DNA of 64,000 nucleotides from Thermoproteus sp. (GTDB taxonomy: Archaea > Thermoproteota > Thermoprotei > Thermoproteales > Thermoproteaceae): the NCBI GenBank assembly GCA_049976425.1, contig JBMFIG010000004.1:26503-90502 (forward strand). Reading direction: 5' to 3'. Below, piece by piece: positions 63,413 to 64,000 of this stretch. Under the pieces are notes generated by a model that ran no database searches, had not been told where the DNA came from, and saw only the letters and a program-made list of their open reading frames with translations. A program made the translations under genes and the position numbers. The first letter of the stretch is position 1. Every line of letters starts with the position of its first letter.

Positions 63413-64000
63413 TACAGCCCGTCGTCGGCTAGGCGGTACTGTATCTTGACGTCGGGAGGCATGCCGGGCACGTCGAGAGGCCACATGTGGCCTTCCGGCT
63501 TCTGCTTGGAGGGCCTCGCCATCATGAAGCGGGCGTTCACGGCGTGGGCCAGCACGTTCCCCCCGGCAGGCCTCTTGAGGCCCGTCATGAAGGCCTCGGG
63601 GACGTCCATCACCTGGTTCGTGAAGACCACTAGGGCGTTGAAGACCCTGGCGTGCCTCCTGAACCAGTCCACGAGGTAGTGGAGCCTCTGCTGCCTCTCG
63701 GCGAGGCTCTCCCTCCCCACGAACTCCGCCCTGTAGAGCGCCGTTATGGTGTCCACCACGACCGTCCTGGCCCCCTCCTTGAGGTGCGCCGGGAGCTCGG
63801 ACTTGACGAAGGCCTCTAGGGCCGACACGTTGTCCGGCACGTAGACCGATATCCTGTCCAGGACCGCGGCCGGATCGGCCCCGAACCTCCTCGCCATCCT
63901 CTCGGCGAGGGCGGGGCTGAAGGTGCCCTCGGTGTCTATGTAGACGACGTCGCCGAAGCCCTCGGCGATGGATTTTACGGATATCTGGTGGGCCAGCATG
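63409..64000 (-). CDS. RadA-family recombinase or paralogue (partial, 5' end outside the window)
   Basis: YIDTEGTF, LYRAEFVGRESLAERQQ, TNQV and GGNVLAHA. Confidence 0.85.
   Translation of the reverse strand, partial: MLAHQISVKSIAEGFGDVVYIDTEGTFSPALAERMARRFGADPAAVLDRISVYVPDNVSALEAFVKSELPAHLKEGARTVVVDTITALYRAEFVGRESLAERQQRLHYLVDWFRRHARVFNALVVFTNQVMDVPEAFMTGLKRPAGGNVLAHAVNARFMMARPSKQKPEGHMWPLDVPGMPPDVKIQYRLADDGLY

Overview
GC-rich archaeal chromosomal segment. Leaderless TATA-box genes, LysW pathway genes, PaREP1 and a fused TPSP point to a Thermoproteaceae crenarchaeon, most likely Thermoproteus. It carries CoA-transferases, a dispersed Leu/Ile/Val and Lys/Arg (LysW) biosynthesis cluster, a beta-glucan utilisation locus (family-5 ABC importer, GH1, GH12 and an orphan GH-like protein), a Mo-hydroxylase trio with glucose dehydrogenase, TPSP, three archaeal ATPase genes and housekeeping genes. 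No tRNA, rRNA, CRISPR array or IS element was recognised. Main discovery: five amino-acid biosynthesis genes (leuA, ilvB, homocitrate synthase, argG, and the lysX-like first gene of the lysY-lysZ operon) begin with an ATG that is out of frame with the enzyme. Each ATG opens a short ORF containing NNG-GGG immediately followed by a codon for the pathway's own end product (Leu; Val/Leu/Ile; Lys; Arg; Lys/Pro/Arg). A -1 slip on G-GGG enters the enzyme frame at all 9 sites. This suggests an amino-acid-starvation ('hungry codon') programmed -1 frameshift switch acting as an archaeal analogue of attenuation. The sequence pattern is directly visible; the mechanism is inferred.
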